This document shows positions 47,090 through 57,511 of a DNA stretch of 64,000 nt, in pieces; positions within the stretch are counted from its first letter, which is position 1; every line of letters starts with the position of its first letter. Position numbers and translations under genes: made by a program. The notes under the pieces were generated by a model that made no database searches, was not told the origin of the DNA, and was given only the letters and a program-made list of their open reading frames with translations. The stretch comes from an uncultured Bacilli bacterium (lineage in GTDB: Bacteria > Bacillota_I > Bacilli_A > RF39 > UBA660): NCBI GenBank assembly GCA_910587745.1, contig CAJUNE010000002.1:2097-66096 (forward strand), in the 5' to 3' direction.

Positions 47090-47232
47090 ATTATTTTTTT
47101 AATTTTACAGATTTAAGGTAAACTGCTATATAGATTTGTGACCTTTAGCTTAGCAGATTTAGTGCTTTTAGCTAGGCAGATTTTTAGGATTCTGTTTTTG
47201 ACTTTTATTATTTTGTATGTTATTTTGTTTTC
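47090..47232 (+). promoter_or_regulatory. promoter with 3-4 upstream CAGATTT-type repeats (paralog of 3011-3095)
   Basis: Upstream repeats: ACAGATTTAAGG, ATAGATTTGTG, TTAGCTTAGCAGATTTAGTG and TTAGCTAGGCAGATTTTTAGG. The promoter is TTGACT (47198-47203), a 17-nt spacer with TGt, then TATTTT (47221-47226). Confidence 0.55.
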
Positions 47233-47283
47233 GTGAGACACATTATGTTATGGTACTTGCCACTTTCTAGGAGGTGGTCACTT

Positions 47284-47352
47284 GTGAGTAAAAAAGACTT
47301 TTTAGTTTTAATACTTTTAGTGATAATTATTCTGTTAATCCTATTTAGATAA
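47284..47352 (+). CDS. candidate type I toxin: 22-aa hydrophobic peptide (M)SKKDFLVLILLVIIILLILFR
   Basis: A GTG start 9 nt after AGGAGG, with one predicted TM helix. The mRNA 5' and 3' ends are complementary, and a convergent antisense RNA is predicted. Confidence 0.45.
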   Translation: MSKKDFLVLILLVIIILLILFR

Positions 47353-47374
47353 GTATCTATGGGGGTTTTGGATA

Positions 47375-47452
47375 TAAAAATAAGCACCACTCATAAAATA
47401 AGTGGTGCACCATAAAATTCTTGTGGCAAGCACTATTTAGTGTCTCGCTAAG
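47375..47452 (-). ncRNA. candidate antisense (antitoxin) RNA overlapping the 3' UTR of the small ORF
   Basis: On the minus strand, a TATAAT sits about 7 nt upstream of TTAGCGAGACAC. The terminator is GCACCAC-N10-GTGGTGC followed by TTATTTTTAT. Confidence 0.4.
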
Positions 47453-47489
47453 TTAATATTATAATATTTTTAACAAAAAGTAAAGCTTT

Positions 47490-48146
47490 TTAATATTCGT
47501 CATATAGTAATTTATTTAAATAATCAACTAGTAAATACTCTTTTTTATTGATAATAATCTTATTACAATCTTCTTCATTTATTTCTAAAGCCCCTTTTAA
47601 TACATTATATTTTAGGGTGCATTTTTCTTTAACATCTATCATATTATTTTTTAGTTCAATTTTTGGAATATCAAAAATAGTACTTAGTTCATTTCCGACA
47701 TTTGCTTCTTTAACATCAAAAAGATTGCCACAATACATACATAAATGTGTATCGTGGGGACTGTATGCAAATTTGCCATCATCACTATGGATATGACCAC
47801 ATATAGGACATTTCTCCTCTTTTAGTGTTATATCATTTAATAAAGATAATAAAAGTCCTCCAAAGTCTCTAACTTCAAAAATCGAATTATCAATTTTTAA
47901 TATCCCTATTTCTCTATCATTAATTAAAATTTTACCTTTAACGCTTTCTAATAAATTAGGATATATTAATACTATTTCTTTTATATCTTCTTTTTTCATT
48001 TCAATAATATTATCATAGGCTGATTTATTTTTGGATAAACATTTTTCTAATTTATTATTTTCTTTATCAAATGCAGGCGAACGATGAGTAGTACAATAAT
48101 ACTTTCTTTCACCATTCCAAATTACTTCTTCAATATTACATGTCAT
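47490..48146 (-). CDS. hypothetical zinc-ribbon protein (218 aa) immediately downstream of uvrB
   Basis: CPICGH...CMYCG and an N-terminal C...C..H. Its start lies 20 nt after the uvrB stop. Confidence 0.5.
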   Translation of the reverse strand: MTCNIEEVIWNGERKYYCTTHRSPAFDKENNKLEKCLSKNKSAYDNIIEMKKEDIKEIVLIYPNLLESVKGKILINDREIGILKIDNSIFEVRDFGGLLLSLLNDITLKEEKCPICGHIHSDDGKFAYSPHDTHLCMYCGNLFDVKEANVGNELSTIFDIPKIELKNNMIDVKEKCTLKYNVLKGALEINEEDCNKIIINKKEYLLVDYLNKLLYDEY

Positions 48147-48165
48147 ATCTTTCTCTCCTACTTCT

Positions 48166-50112
48166 TTATGATTTTTTCATTTCAAATAAAATATCTCTTA
48201 ATTCCATTGCTCTTTCAAAGTCTAAGTTTTTAGCTGCTGTCTTCATCTCTTCTTCTAAAGTCATTAATATACTTTCTTTTTCTTTTTTGCTCATCTTTGG
48301 CTTTTTAGATTTATTTTCTACTTCATTTGATACTACTTCTTTGATATCTTTAATAATTGTTCTTGGGGTAATTCCATTTTCTTCATTGTATTTCATTTGG
48401 ATTTCACGACGTCTAGCAGTTTCTTTTATTGCTTTATCCATTGCTTCACTTATATTATCTGCATACATAATTACATGACCATTTTCATTTCTGGCACATC
48501 TACCAATTGTTTGAATAAGTGAACGTTCACTTCGTAAAAATCCTTGTTTATCAGCGTCTAATATACATATTAAACTAACTTCAGGTATATCTATACCTTC
48601 ACGAAGTAAATTTATTCCAACTACACAATCATACATTCCTAAACGTAAGTCGTGAATTATTTTTAATCTTTCTAAGGTTTTTATTTCACTATGTAAATAT
48701 GCAACTTTGATACCCATTTCTTTTAAATAATTTGTTAACTCTTCACTCATTCTAATAGTTAAAGTTGTAATTAATACTCGTTCATTTTTTTCTTTTCTGA
48801 TGTTTATTTCATTTATTATATCATCTATTTGTCCCATACTTGGTTTTATTTCAATAGTAGGGTCTAATAATCCAGTTGGTCTTATTATTTGTTCTACATA
48901 TTCATTATTTGTATGTTCTAATTCATAATCTCCTGGAGTTGCTGATACATATATTGCTTGATTAATCTTTTTTTCAAACTCTTCATAATTAAGAGGCCTA
49001 TTATCTAGGGCACTTGGTAATCTAAAACCATAATCTACTAAAACTGTTTTACGCATTTTATCACCATTATACATACCACGTACTTGAGGTAATGTAACGT
49101 GCGATTCGTCAACTACTAATAAAAAATCTTTGGGAAAAAAGTCTATTAAACAGGTTGGGGTCTCGCCTGGTCCTCGTAAGGCTAAATGTCTTGAATAGTT
49201 TTCAACTCCACTGCAGAATCCTGTTTCTTTTAACATTTCAATGTCATAATTGGTTCTTTCACGAAGTCTTTGTTCTTCTAATAATTTGTTATTTTCTTTT
49301 AGTTCTTTTAACCTTTCATCTAATTCAGCTTGAATTCTTTTTAATGCTTCCTCTAATTTTTCAGGGCTTGTTACGAAATGAGAAGCGGGAGATATTGTAA
49401 TAGTTTTTTTATCAGATATGATAACGCCTGTTACGGGGTCAAATGTTGATATTCTTTCAACTTCATCCCCAAATAGTTCAATCCTTATTCCATAAGCGTG
49501 TTCATTAACTGGTATGACATCAATAATATCTCCTCTAGCACGAAATGTTCCACGATGGAAATCTATATCACTACGTTCATAAGTCATATCTACTAATCTA
49601 TTTATAATGGCATTCCTTTTAATGATATCTCCAACTGTTAAAATAAGTCTGGCTTTTTCATATTCTTCTCTTTCACCTATACCATATATACAGGATACAC
49701 TTGATACTACTATAACATCATTATAGTTAATTAATGCACTGGTTGCTCCATGTCTTAATTCATCTATCTCATCATTAATTGAAGAATCTTTCTCAATATA
49801 TGTATCACTTGAAGGAACATATGCTTCTGGCTGGTAATAATCATAATAACTAACAAAATACTCAACGTGATTATCAGGGAAGAATTCCTTTAATTCTGAA
49901 TAAAGTTGTCCTGCTAGAGTTTTATTGTGCGCTAAAACTAAAGTTGGTTTATTGACTTCTTTAATAACATTAGCAATTGTAAAAGTCTTACCAGTTCCCG
50001 TTGCTCCTAGTAAAACTTGCTCTTTCTTGCCTTCTTTAATTCCTTCTACAAGTTCTTTAATTGCTTCCGGTTGGTCTCCTGATGGTTCAAATTTTGATAC
50101 TAATTTAAACAT
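48166..50112 (-). CDS. uvrB: excinuclease ABC subunit B
   Basis: [12 protein letters not shown], helicase motifs, and a C-terminal UVR domain ([15 protein letters not shown]). Confidence 0.95.
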   Translation of the reverse strand: MFKLVSKFEPSGDQPEAIKELVEGIKEGKKEQVLLGATGTGKTFTIANVIKEVNKPTLVLAHNKTLAGQLYSELKEFFPDNHVEYFVSYYDYYQPEAYVPSSDTYIEKDSSINDEIDELRHGATSALINYNDVIVVSSVSCIYGIGEREEYEKARLILTVGDIIKRNAIINRLVDMTYERSDIDFHRGTFRARGDIIDVIPVNEHAYGIRIELFGDEVERISTFDPVTGVIISDKKTITISPASHFVTSPEKLEEALKRIQAELDERLKELKENNKLLEEQRLRERTNYDIEMLKETGFCSGVENYSRHLALRGPGETPTCLIDFFPKDFLLVVDESHVTLPQVRGMYNGDKMRKTVLVDYGFRLPSALDNRPLNYEEFEKKINQAIYVSATPGDYELEHTNNEYVEQIIRPTGLLDPTIEIKPSMGQIDDIINEINIRKEKNERVLITTLTIRMSEELTNYLKEMGIKVAYLHSEIKTLERLKIIHDLRLGMYDCVVGINLLREGIDIPEVSLICILDADKQGFLRSERSLIQTIGRCARNENGHVIMYADNISEAMDKAIKETARRREIQMKYNEENGITPRTIIKDIKEVVSNEVENKSKKPKMSKKEKESILMTLEEEMKTAAKNLDFERAMELRDILFEMKKS

Positions 50113-50403
50113 ATTGCCCTCCTAATTTTTAGTTACTCTAATTATTAATAAAAATTAAACTTAATAATTATGTATTGATATAAGCTTTAAAAAATATTAA
50201 TTAATACTAGATAATTTATCTCAGACTTATTTTATCATATAATAACTTTAATGTATATTTTTTTTTAGTATTTCCTACTTATTTCTTTTTTATTATCAAA
50301 TTTGACTTTGCATGAAGCATTTTTTTAGTTAAATGTTATTTGTATTCTAATATTAGCAAAACTATGTTATAATAAAAATGTATTATAAAGGTGAGGTAGT
50401 GTT

Positions 50404-52068
50404 ATGGCATTAATTAAATGCAATGAGTGTGGTAAAGAAATTAGTAGTGAAATTAAATTTTGTTTACACTGTGGAGCAAAGATAAATAATTCTTCAAATA
50501 AAGAAGTTAATAAATCTCCAATTAATAGTTTTTATATTTGGTCGGTAATATTTCTTCCAATTATATGTTGTTTTTTGTTTTGGGCAATAGAATATTTTAC
50601 TAATTCTTTTTTAATAAGTATTTTTCCTACATTAGTATTTAATATAATTTTAGAAATATTTTTTATTTTAAAAGATTATAGAGTTTTAAAGGCAACTGAA
50701 ATTGACACTTCTTCTTTAGGAATAGTAAAAGCCACTAGTATTAACATTCCTAAATATATTATAAAAAGAGCTAAATTGTTAAATGAAAGCATTCTTAAAT
50801 TTATTATTTGGCTTATAGGTTTTATTTTCTTTATTCTTATAATACTATTAGAATTTAATCCTTTTAATTCTTACAATAAATATATTGATGAAGTTAAAGA
50901 AGGTCGATTATATTTATGTGATAATTATACTGTTGAAGCGTTGATAAATGAATATGTAGAAAATCCTAAATGGAAAGTTGAAAAAACAAAAGATGGTAAT
51001 ATCGCTGTTAATATTAGTGGTGAAATAACTTATTTAGATAAACCTGCTAAAGCATTAATTCAATTTTATATAGATGATCAGGAATTTAAGTTTAATGCCT
51101 TTGAAATTAATGGTATACTTCAAACAGATGTAATATTTTATGCTTTTATAGAAAGTATGTGCAATAGTATGCTTGAAGAAAATACTAAAAATGCTATTGT
51201 AACATTTGATAATGGATTAATAATTGAAGAAGAAGAATTTTATAATGAAGTTAAAGAAAGTAGCAAAAATGCTTTTGATGTATTAATAAATAAAATAGAT
51301 TGTATCATATATGAAAATGAATTTCCTAATGAAATAAATAATGCTAAAGATTACGCTAAAGAATATATTAAAAATGTTAAAAGTTATTATGGTTCTGAAT
51401 ATGAATATTTGGAAGCTTTAAAGTCATATGGTTATAAAAGCGAAAAAGACTTGGAAGATTATACATATACCGCCTATTTACAAAATTATGCTGTAAAAAC
51501 TTATATTAAAAGCTCACTTACATCACAAGAACTTAAAGATTATTATGATAATAAAGTTTTTCCTGATATGGCGCTTTATCATATTTTAGCTTTCTCTAAA
51601 GAAGAAGCTACAAATATTCTTAAAGAACTTGATTATGCGAAAGAAAATGGCAGTGATGTACTAGAAAGCTTTAAAAAAATTGCGAAAGAAAAAACTCAAG
51701 ATTCTACTAATAAATCTGAAGGTGGATATCTAGGAATAGTAAATAATGAATTTTTTTCTTCAAATAATATTGAACTATTTATTGAAGCTGGAAAAATTAA
51801 AGATGGTGAATATTCTTCTAATATAATTAAAACTGAATATGGATATCACATAATATTTAAAAGTGCTACTTATTCTAAAAAATCATATGAAGATAGTCTT
51901 CCTTTTATAAAAGAATCTTTAGCAGAAGAAAAAATAAATAATAAATCAAATTTAATATATGAAATAATTGAACATTATTATAATAAATATAATCCTAAAA
52001 TATTGGACCAAGAATTAAATATTAAATATCAAAATTACTTTAAGGAACTAAAAGATAAGTTTCTATAA
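50404..52068 (+). CDS. membrane protein with N-terminal zinc-ribbon and C-terminal parvulin-type PPIase (PrsA-like) domain
   Basis: CNECGKEI...CLHCG, TM segments, and the PpiC-type motifs GGYLG...EYGYHII. Confidence 0.65.
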   Translation: MALIKCNECGKEISSEIKFCLHCGAKINNSSNKEVNKSPINSFYIWSVIFLPIICCFLFWAIEYFTNSFLISIFPTLVFNIILEIFFILKDYRVLKATEIDTSSLGIVKATSINIPKYIIKRAKLLNESILKFIIWLIGFIFFILIILLEFNPFNSYNKYIDEVKEGRLYLCDNYTVEALINEYVENPKWKVEKTKDGNIAVNISGEITYLDKPAKALIQFYIDDQEFKFNAFEINGILQTDVIFYAFIESMCNSMLEENTKNAIVTFDNGLIIEEEEFYNEVKESSKNAFDVLINKIDCIIYENEFPNEINNAKDYAKEYIKNVKSYYGSEYEYLEALKSYGYKSEKDLEDYTYTAYLQNYAVKTYIKSSLTSQELKDYYDNKVFPDMALYHILAFSKEEATNILKELDYAKENGSDVLESFKKIAKEKTQDSTNKSEGGYLGIVNNEFFSSNNIELFIEAGKIKDGEYSSNIIKTEYGYHIIFKSATYSKKSYEDSLPFIKESLAEEKINNKSNLIYEIIEHYYNKYNPKILDQELNIKYQNYFKELKDKFL

Positions 52069-52070
52069 TA

Positions 52071-52103
52071 AATAGTGTTGGTAAATAGCTGACACTATTT
52101 TTT
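52071..52103 (+). terminator. rho-independent terminator
   Basis: AATAGTGT-N13-ACACTATT followed by a T-run. Confidence 0.7.
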
Positions 52104-52170
52104 AGTTCATATAAAGTGAATTATTAATATAAAACTATGATGCTATAAATTTATATAATTATCATTCCAT

Positions 52171-52220
52171 AAAAAAGAGAATAATTTCTTATCCTCTTTA
52201 GCAAGTTCATTTATCTTTTA
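52171..52220 (-). terminator. rho-independent terminator within a repeated 3' module (paralog of 13194-13246)
   Basis: Minus strand: AAAAGATAAATGAACTTG, then AAGAGGATAA-GAAA-TTATTCTCTT, then a T-run. Confidence 0.7.
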
Positions 52221-52282
52221 TTTTTGATTTTTCAATACTACTTGATGAATCCTAGTATTTAAGCTTGTCTACTTTTCTTTTT

Positions 52283-55200
52283 TTATTTGTTTTTCTTTTT
52301 GAATACATATACTGATAATCCTATAAGTATTGTCATTATAGCTGTCATTAACCATATAATATAATTATTTTTTCTAGTTACTTTGTTAGAATTATGTATA
52401 GGATTGCTTGTACTTAATTTTTTGTATGATACTACAAATTTGCCTAAGTTTTTAGCTGATATTTCAATGTTTTCTCCGTCTTTTACATAATCTACAGGTT
52501 TTATTATATTATCTTCGGTTATTTCGTATACACCAATAAAGTCTTTATTATTATCTATTTTTATATTTATTTTGATTGGACTTGTAGCATTAACATCTAT
52601 TCTTTCATATTTGTCATTTTCTAAATAGATATCATAATATTCACTTAAAGCACCAAAACTATATTTTAAGTTTTCATCTAATTCGAAACCATTAGCACTT
52701 AATTTACCGTCTTCTTTAATTGCATTTGATGGGATTTTTACATCAACTTTATCTGTTGTATAGTTTTTATATTCACTATCATCTGGTTTTTCTGTATCAG
52801 GTTTATCACTTGGCTTGTTATTATTACCAGAGTTTCCTGGCTTATTAGGTTCATTTGGTTTATTTGGAATATTTGGTGTATCAGGGTTTTCAGGTTTATT
52901 TCCTTCATTCGGTTTATCAGTATTAGGTTTGTCGTCTGGTTTTTCTGGTTCACCAGGATTGTCTGGAACTTCAGGCTTATCTGGTTCTTCAGGTTTTTCA
53001 GGGACATCTGGTTTTCCATCATCGATACCAATTGTATCTATTACTGCAGTAACCTTTCCCTCATTTCCTACTTTGTCATAGAATATTATTTCATATGTTC
53101 CATTTTCAGTAAATTCATAAACGCCATTACCTTCTTTAAATGTTATTTCTTCACTTGGATTTATTACTGTTACTGTTACTTTGTCTTTTGTCTTGTCGTA
53201 TTTTAACTCAGCGGTAGGAGCAACTCTATCTATCCATGTGACAGTTGCTTCAATTTGTCCAACATTACCTCGACTATCTAAATATTGGAAGCCAAATGTA
53301 CCATTTTCGGTAAATGTATATTTATTACTAGCATCATTGTTTACTATTCTAAATCCATCTTCAAGGGTTAATGTTACTTCAACATTATCTCTGGTTGGAT
53401 TAGTTGTTGAATATTTTAATTCATAATGTGGTACTCTTGCTATCCATGTTACTATCGCTTTTATCGAACCAGTATTACCTGCTCTATCAACAAATTCAAA
53501 AGTAAATTCACCATTATCATTAAATACATATTCATCACTACCACCATTATTGGTAATTGTTATTGGTTCGCTTGGTTTTAATTTGGCTGTAACTGCTTTA
53601 TCTGTTAAATGAATTGTACTATATTCTACTTCAGCTGTAGGTGCAGTTTTATCTATCCAATTAACAGAAATAGTTTTCTTACCTATATTTCCTAAATCAT
53701 CCATAAACTCTAATTCAACTGTATCATTTTCTAAGAAAGTAATTGTTTTACTATTATCTACTGGATTAATTGCAATTTGGACGTCTTTAGATAATATTGT
53801 TACATTTTTATCAAACTTCAGTGTTGCTACAACTTCCTCATTAGTAATAGCTGTTGTATTAAATGTTACATCTAATTTTGGTGCAGTTTTATCTATCCAT
53901 GTTACTTTTGCTGTTGTACTTCCTTTATTACCATTATCATCAACATATTCAAATGTAAACTCACCATTTTCGGTAAAGGTATGAGTCATTTTACCATCAT
54001 TATTAGTTACTGTTATTGGTCTAATTGGATTTACTAATTCAGCGACAACATCTTTGTTAGTTGGATTTACAATGTTATAATTAACGTCTGCTCTTGGAGT
54101 ATCATTTACTAAAACGTTTTCATATAGTTTTATAACCGATACAGCTAAAGCGATAATCTCACTGTCATAAGCACTTTGGCATTCGAATTTTACATATAAA
54201 GCTTTTTTAGCTACTGGGAATTCTATATGTTTTAGATTATCATTATCTCCTAAATTATTCTTTGTGGCAGCTAGTTCCCAATTTTGATTATCCATACTAA
54301 CATAAATTTTAACATTTCTAGCACGACCATATGGAACAAAAGTAATATACTTAGCATTTTTATCTGGAATATAATCTAGACCTGAGATATATCTTGGTTG
54401 GTCTAATTTTATTGTAACATATGCTGGCATTATTCCATGTTTAGATTGCCAAGAAGTATTTACATTACCGTCTAACATGTTTTCTACTCTTCCAGTTTGA
54501 GTGGCATTTACTTCATGAATAGTTAAATATTTAGATTGAATATACCATTTTTCATCATTAGTGTTGTTTTCTTTGAATGTGTAATATACAGGATCACTTG
54601 CTATCTCTGTTCCTTTGGCAATTACTCTTACATAAACTCTTTTATTGCCACTAAATATTGGATTTGTATTGGCAAATGAATTCCATCCATCTGCTGGATT
54701 TAACGTCCATTCCATTTCATCAGTTGCGCCAATCATTCTGTCTTCCTCATCATTAATGGAAATTAAACCAGTTGGGAATGACCTTTTAGTGATATCAATT
54801 GTATATATATTTGCATCAGTCATTGGTAAACCTGAAATATGAACTTTAATATCATTATTTACTGTTATACTTGCTACTTCCTCTGGAGTTAGCTCTACTG
54901 AGTGCTCATATACATCTTTCCAAGTATTGCCTCCATCTAAACTATAACTCCAATTAACTTGTGAGCTTTGCAATTGTTTTGATAATGTAATTTTATTAGC
55001 TGAGGCTCCACTAAATGAGAATGTTGCTATATCAGAATTTATCTCTCCTAATAAAGCTTGAGCTACAACTGGGACTTCTTTATATTGTAATGTATTTGCT
55101 CCAGTTGCTTTTGTAGCTTGTCGCAAAGTTTTATTTTGTAAAAGCATTAATTTACTTTTATACTCTGGTGATGTAATCTTAATTCCGATTCTACGAGTTA

Positions 55201-57175
55201 AATCATACATAGGAAGTGGATTATATGTATAAACTTCACTTATTTCTTCTGCTAAACTAATTAACTCTTCCTCTGTTTTAGTTTCATCTTTTATATATAA
55301 ATTTACTAATCCTAACCAAGCATCCCAGTTTATTATTTCTTCTCTTAAAGCATCACGATAAATTCTTTCTAGTTTCTTAGCATCATCTTTATATACTCTT
55401 TCAAGCATCATTATTAATTCTGCTTTTTCATATTTATCATATTCATTTTGAGCTTCTTGTGATAAGAAGAAATATGAAGCTGATTTTATTGTACCTGTAT
55501 TTGTTACAATTCCACTACTGAGATTTCCCCAGTCATTAGGCATTCTTGAATATCCTTGGGTATTAGCCCATGCAGTTTCTGCTACATTGTATGCTAATTG
55601 CCAAGCTCCTTTTCCCCCAACATTATAATAATATATATAAGCTGCATGAGCAGGTTGACCTACAACACTCGCAGGCACGCCCCACACACCATATAAATTG
55701 GCTGCTGTTTTTGAAAGTCCACCACAAACAGCTCCTTCTTCAAATACTATCCATAACTTTGGATTGCCTGATTTATATGTTATATTGTAATCTGATAAAT
55801 TGTATTTTTGGTCCCATTTAGCATAGTTATCTTGACTATAATATTGTGGTCTGTAATAACTATATCCAAAGGTATAAGTTATATATTTATATGGATTAAA
55901 TCTTTCTGTTGTATTTGGATATCTTTTAGCTGAGTAGTCTCTTAGCCATTTGATTTCTTCATCATCAATATTGTTATGCATTAACCAACGCATTTCTTCA
56001 ACAGTATAACTTTCAAACATTGAATTTGACATTAACTTATTGTTTAAATGCATATCTTTATATATTTCATATCGAGTTACAGCATTGGAACATTGGCTAT
56101 TGTTAATCCATAAGCAAACACCCGAAGAATGAGTTAATGATAAAGATAACATCATTCTTAAATATAAATCTTTATATTTAGTACCATTGGCTGTTACCCC
56201 TTCATTTTCTAAATCTTCTTTGTGTGCATGATATAAATTACTAAGTACTTGTAATGAATTGGCATATGTACCATTAGGGATTCCACCAACAGTCCACAAT
56301 CTTAATGCCTCTTCATTGTATATGAACCATTTTAATGTTTCCATATTTTTAGGATCTGCATCTACAAAAGTTCTTAATTGAAATTGTCCTACTCTATCAA
56401 TAAAGTTTCTTTGTAATAACGTAAGTTTTAAATTATCTTGAATTGAGCCTGATGTATAATTAGCTTTTATTGCTTTATCAAATTCACTTACTGGTATAGT
56501 TATATCATCACTATATCCTTCTTTTATTAATTTACTATCACCCCATACAGCATGGTCTGAAGCATTAGAACCATTATCGTGAGCATATAATCTTATGTAA
56601 TTTACTCCTCTAATATCTATCTTAGCATAAGAAGCATTGCTTACACCTTTTTTAGCATCAGGATTTTCTTCGGTTTGTAATGTCCATTCTTTACCATCTA
56701 CAGAAGTATAAATATAAAATTTGACACCATTACCATTATTCCCTGCAGTAGTATTTAAACCATAATATGTCGTAAAATATGCATAATCTTTATATTCACT
56801 AATATCATATTCTACAGTTGAGGTGGCATGAGCCCATATTCCTTTTTTAAACGTTGTGGAATAACCATTTAACTTTAATATTAATGGTGTATTTGATTGG
56901 GTTTTATCAAGAGATACTGTTCCCCAACCTACCTGTGCTTTATTATAAGTTATATCCGATAAGTATAAAACTTGTTCGGAGACATTGCCTCTATCAACTA
57001 ATACTGTCTCTGGTAGGGCATAACTCCTTGTAGGATGACTAAAATATATCAATATTCCTATCAAAAATATTACCCCACACATTACATAAAAAATTCTCGA
57101 TTTTAGAATTTTACTAAAACTCAAAATCTTATTGATATCCATTACACTCTTCCTCTCACTAATATAGATTATCAT
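52283..57175 (-). CDS. giant surface protein (1630 aa): NPCBM domain, possible transglutaminase-like Cys/His core, F5/8 type C (discoidin) domain, tandem Ig-like repeats, Pro-rich stalk, C-terminal TM anchor
   Basis: VGWGTVSLDKT...GIWAHA is NPCBM-like. GAVCGG...PAHAAY is a possible Cys/His core. MLDGNVNTSWQS is discoidin-like. (V/N)WI(D/A)(K/R)(T/V)(A/P) repeat ends occur four times. The stalk is made of PEKPEEPDKPEVPD-type units. Confidence 0.8.
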   Translation of the reverse strand: MIIYISERKSVMDINKILSFSKILKSRIFYVMCGVIFLIGILIYFSHPTRSYALPETVLVDRGNVSEQVLYLSDITYNKAQVGWGTVSLDKTQSNTPLILKLNGYSTTFKKGIWAHATSTVEYDISEYKDYAYFTTYYGLNTTAGNNGNGVKFYIYTSVDGKEWTLQTEENPDAKKGVSNASYAKIDIRGVNYIRLYAHDNGSNASDHAVWGDSKLIKEGYSDDITIPVSEFDKAIKANYTSGSIQDNLKLTLLQRNFIDRVGQFQLRTFVDADPKNMETLKWFIYNEEALRLWTVGGIPNGTYANSLQVLSNLYHAHKEDLENEGVTANGTKYKDLYLRMMLSLSLTHSSGVCLWINNSQCSNAVTRYEIYKDMHLNNKLMSNSMFESYTVEEMRWLMHNNIDDEEIKWLRDYSAKRYPNTTERFNPYKYITYTFGYSYYRPQYYSQDNYAKWDQKYNLSDYNITYKSGNPKLWIVFEEGAVCGGLSKTAANLYGVWGVPASVVGQPAHAAYIYYYNVGGKGAWQLAYNVAETAWANTQGYSRMPNDWGNLSSGIVTNTGTIKSASYFFLSQEAQNEYDKYEKAELIMMLERVYKDDAKKLERIYRDALREEIINWDAWLGLVNLYIKDETKTEEELISLAEEISEVYTYNPLPMYDLTRRIGIKITSPEYKSKLMLLQNKTLRQATKATGANTLQYKEVPVVAQALLGEINSDIATFSFSGASANKITLSKQLQSSQVNWSYSLDGGNTWKDVYEHSVELTPEEVASITVNNDIKVHISGLPMTDANIYTIDITKRSFPTGLISINDEEDRMIGATDEMEWTLNPADGWNSFANTNPIFSGNKRVYVRVIAKGTEIASDPVYYTFKENNTNDEKWYIQSKYLTIHEVNATQTGRVENMLDGNVNTSWQSKHGIMPAYVTIKLDQPRYISGLDYIPDKNAKYITFVPYGRARNVKIYVSMDNQNWELAATKNNLGDNDNLKHIEFPVAKKALYVKFECQSAYDSEIIALAVSVIKLYENVLVNDTPRADVNYNIVNPTNKDVVAELVNPIRPITVTNNDGKMTHTFTENGEFTFEYVDDNGNKGSTTAKVTWIDKTAPKLDVTFNTTAITNEEVVATLKFDKNVTILSKDVQIAINPVDNSKTITFLENDTVELEFMDDLGNIGKKTISVNWIDKTAPTAEVEYSTIHLTDKAVTAKLKPSEPITITNNGGSDEYVFNDNGEFTFEFVDRAGNTGSIKAIVTWIARVPHYELKYSTTNPTRDNVEVTLTLEDGFRIVNNDASNKYTFTENGTFGFQYLDSRGNVGQIEATVTWIDRVAPTAELKYDKTKDKVTVTVINPSEEITFKEGNGVYEFTENGTYEIIFYDKVGNEGKVTAVIDTIGIDDGKPDVPEKPEEPDKPEVPDNPGEPEKPDDKPNTDKPNEGNKPENPDTPNIPNKPNEPNKPGNSGNNNKPSDKPDTEKPDDSEYKNYTTDKVDVKIPSNAIKEDGKLSANGFELDENLKYSFGALSEYYDIYLENDKYERIDVNATSPIKINIKIDNNKDFIGVYEITEDNIIKPVDYVKDGENIEISAKNLGKFVVSYKKLSTSNPIHNSNKVTRKNNYIIWLMTAIMTILIGLSVYVFKKKNK
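52780..53035 (-). repeat. coding low-complexity Pro/Lys/Asn/Glu-rich stalk (short degenerate repeats)
   Basis: DVPEKPEEPDKPEVPDNPGEPEKPDDKPNTDKPNEGNKPENPDTPNIPNKPNEPNKP. Confidence 0.8.
53040..54110 (-). repeat. four to five tandem coding repeats of about 215-240 nt (Ig-like modules)
   Basis: Recurrent ATCTATCCA(T/A) (T/A)GT-type junctions near 53230, 53440, 53655 and 53895. In the protein the units end in VTWIDKTAP, VNWIDKTAP, VTWIARVP and VTWIDRVAP. Confidence 0.75.
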
Positions 57176-57354
57176 TATCTATTATTTATATATATTTTAT
57201 CATGGGTTTTTGGTATTGACAATATCTTTTAGAATGATTAAAAGTTTATAAATATTTTTTATTATTTTAATTTCTTAATTGTTAATTTTATTTTTTAGCT
57301 TCTTTTTTCGACTTTTTATGTATTTTTTTATTAATTAGTGCTATAATTAAGGGG

Positions 57355-57489
57355 ATGAGTGAGGTGGAGTTTTTGAAAACTATAAAAAAGAATTTACCAG
57401 ATGGAGTAAAAAAACAATTTGGTAAAGTTAAAGGCGTTAAAGTAAGATTTATTAACAAAAATTTAGATAAAAAGAAAGCTAGCAAATAA
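57355..57489 (+). CDS. possible small Lys-rich protein (44 aa)
   Basis: TATAAT lies 7 nt before the ATG, so the transcript would be near-leaderless. The peptide is MSEVEFLKTIKKNLPDGVKKQFGKVKGVKVRFINKNLDKKKASK. It is followed by the hairpin CTAGCAA-N10-TTGCTAG and a T-run. It competes with a minus-strand ORF (57288-57485). Confidence 0.3.
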   Translation: MSEVEFLKTIKKNLPDGVKKQFGKVKGVKVRFINKNLDKKKASK

Positions 57490-57511
57490 TTTAGATTGCT
57501 AGTTTTTTAAT

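Noticed and set aside
50113-50403. A LexA/DinR SOS box (GAAC-N4-GTTC) upstream of uvrB.
   Set aside because: No match was seen on either strand by eye.
57288-57485. The 65-aa minus-strand ORF from the track (MLAFFLSKFLLINLTL...).
   Set aside because: The sequence is low-complexity with no RBS. It lies opposite a plus-strand small ORF that has a promoter and terminator. Neither is strongly supported, and the plus-strand ORF is reported at low confidence only.
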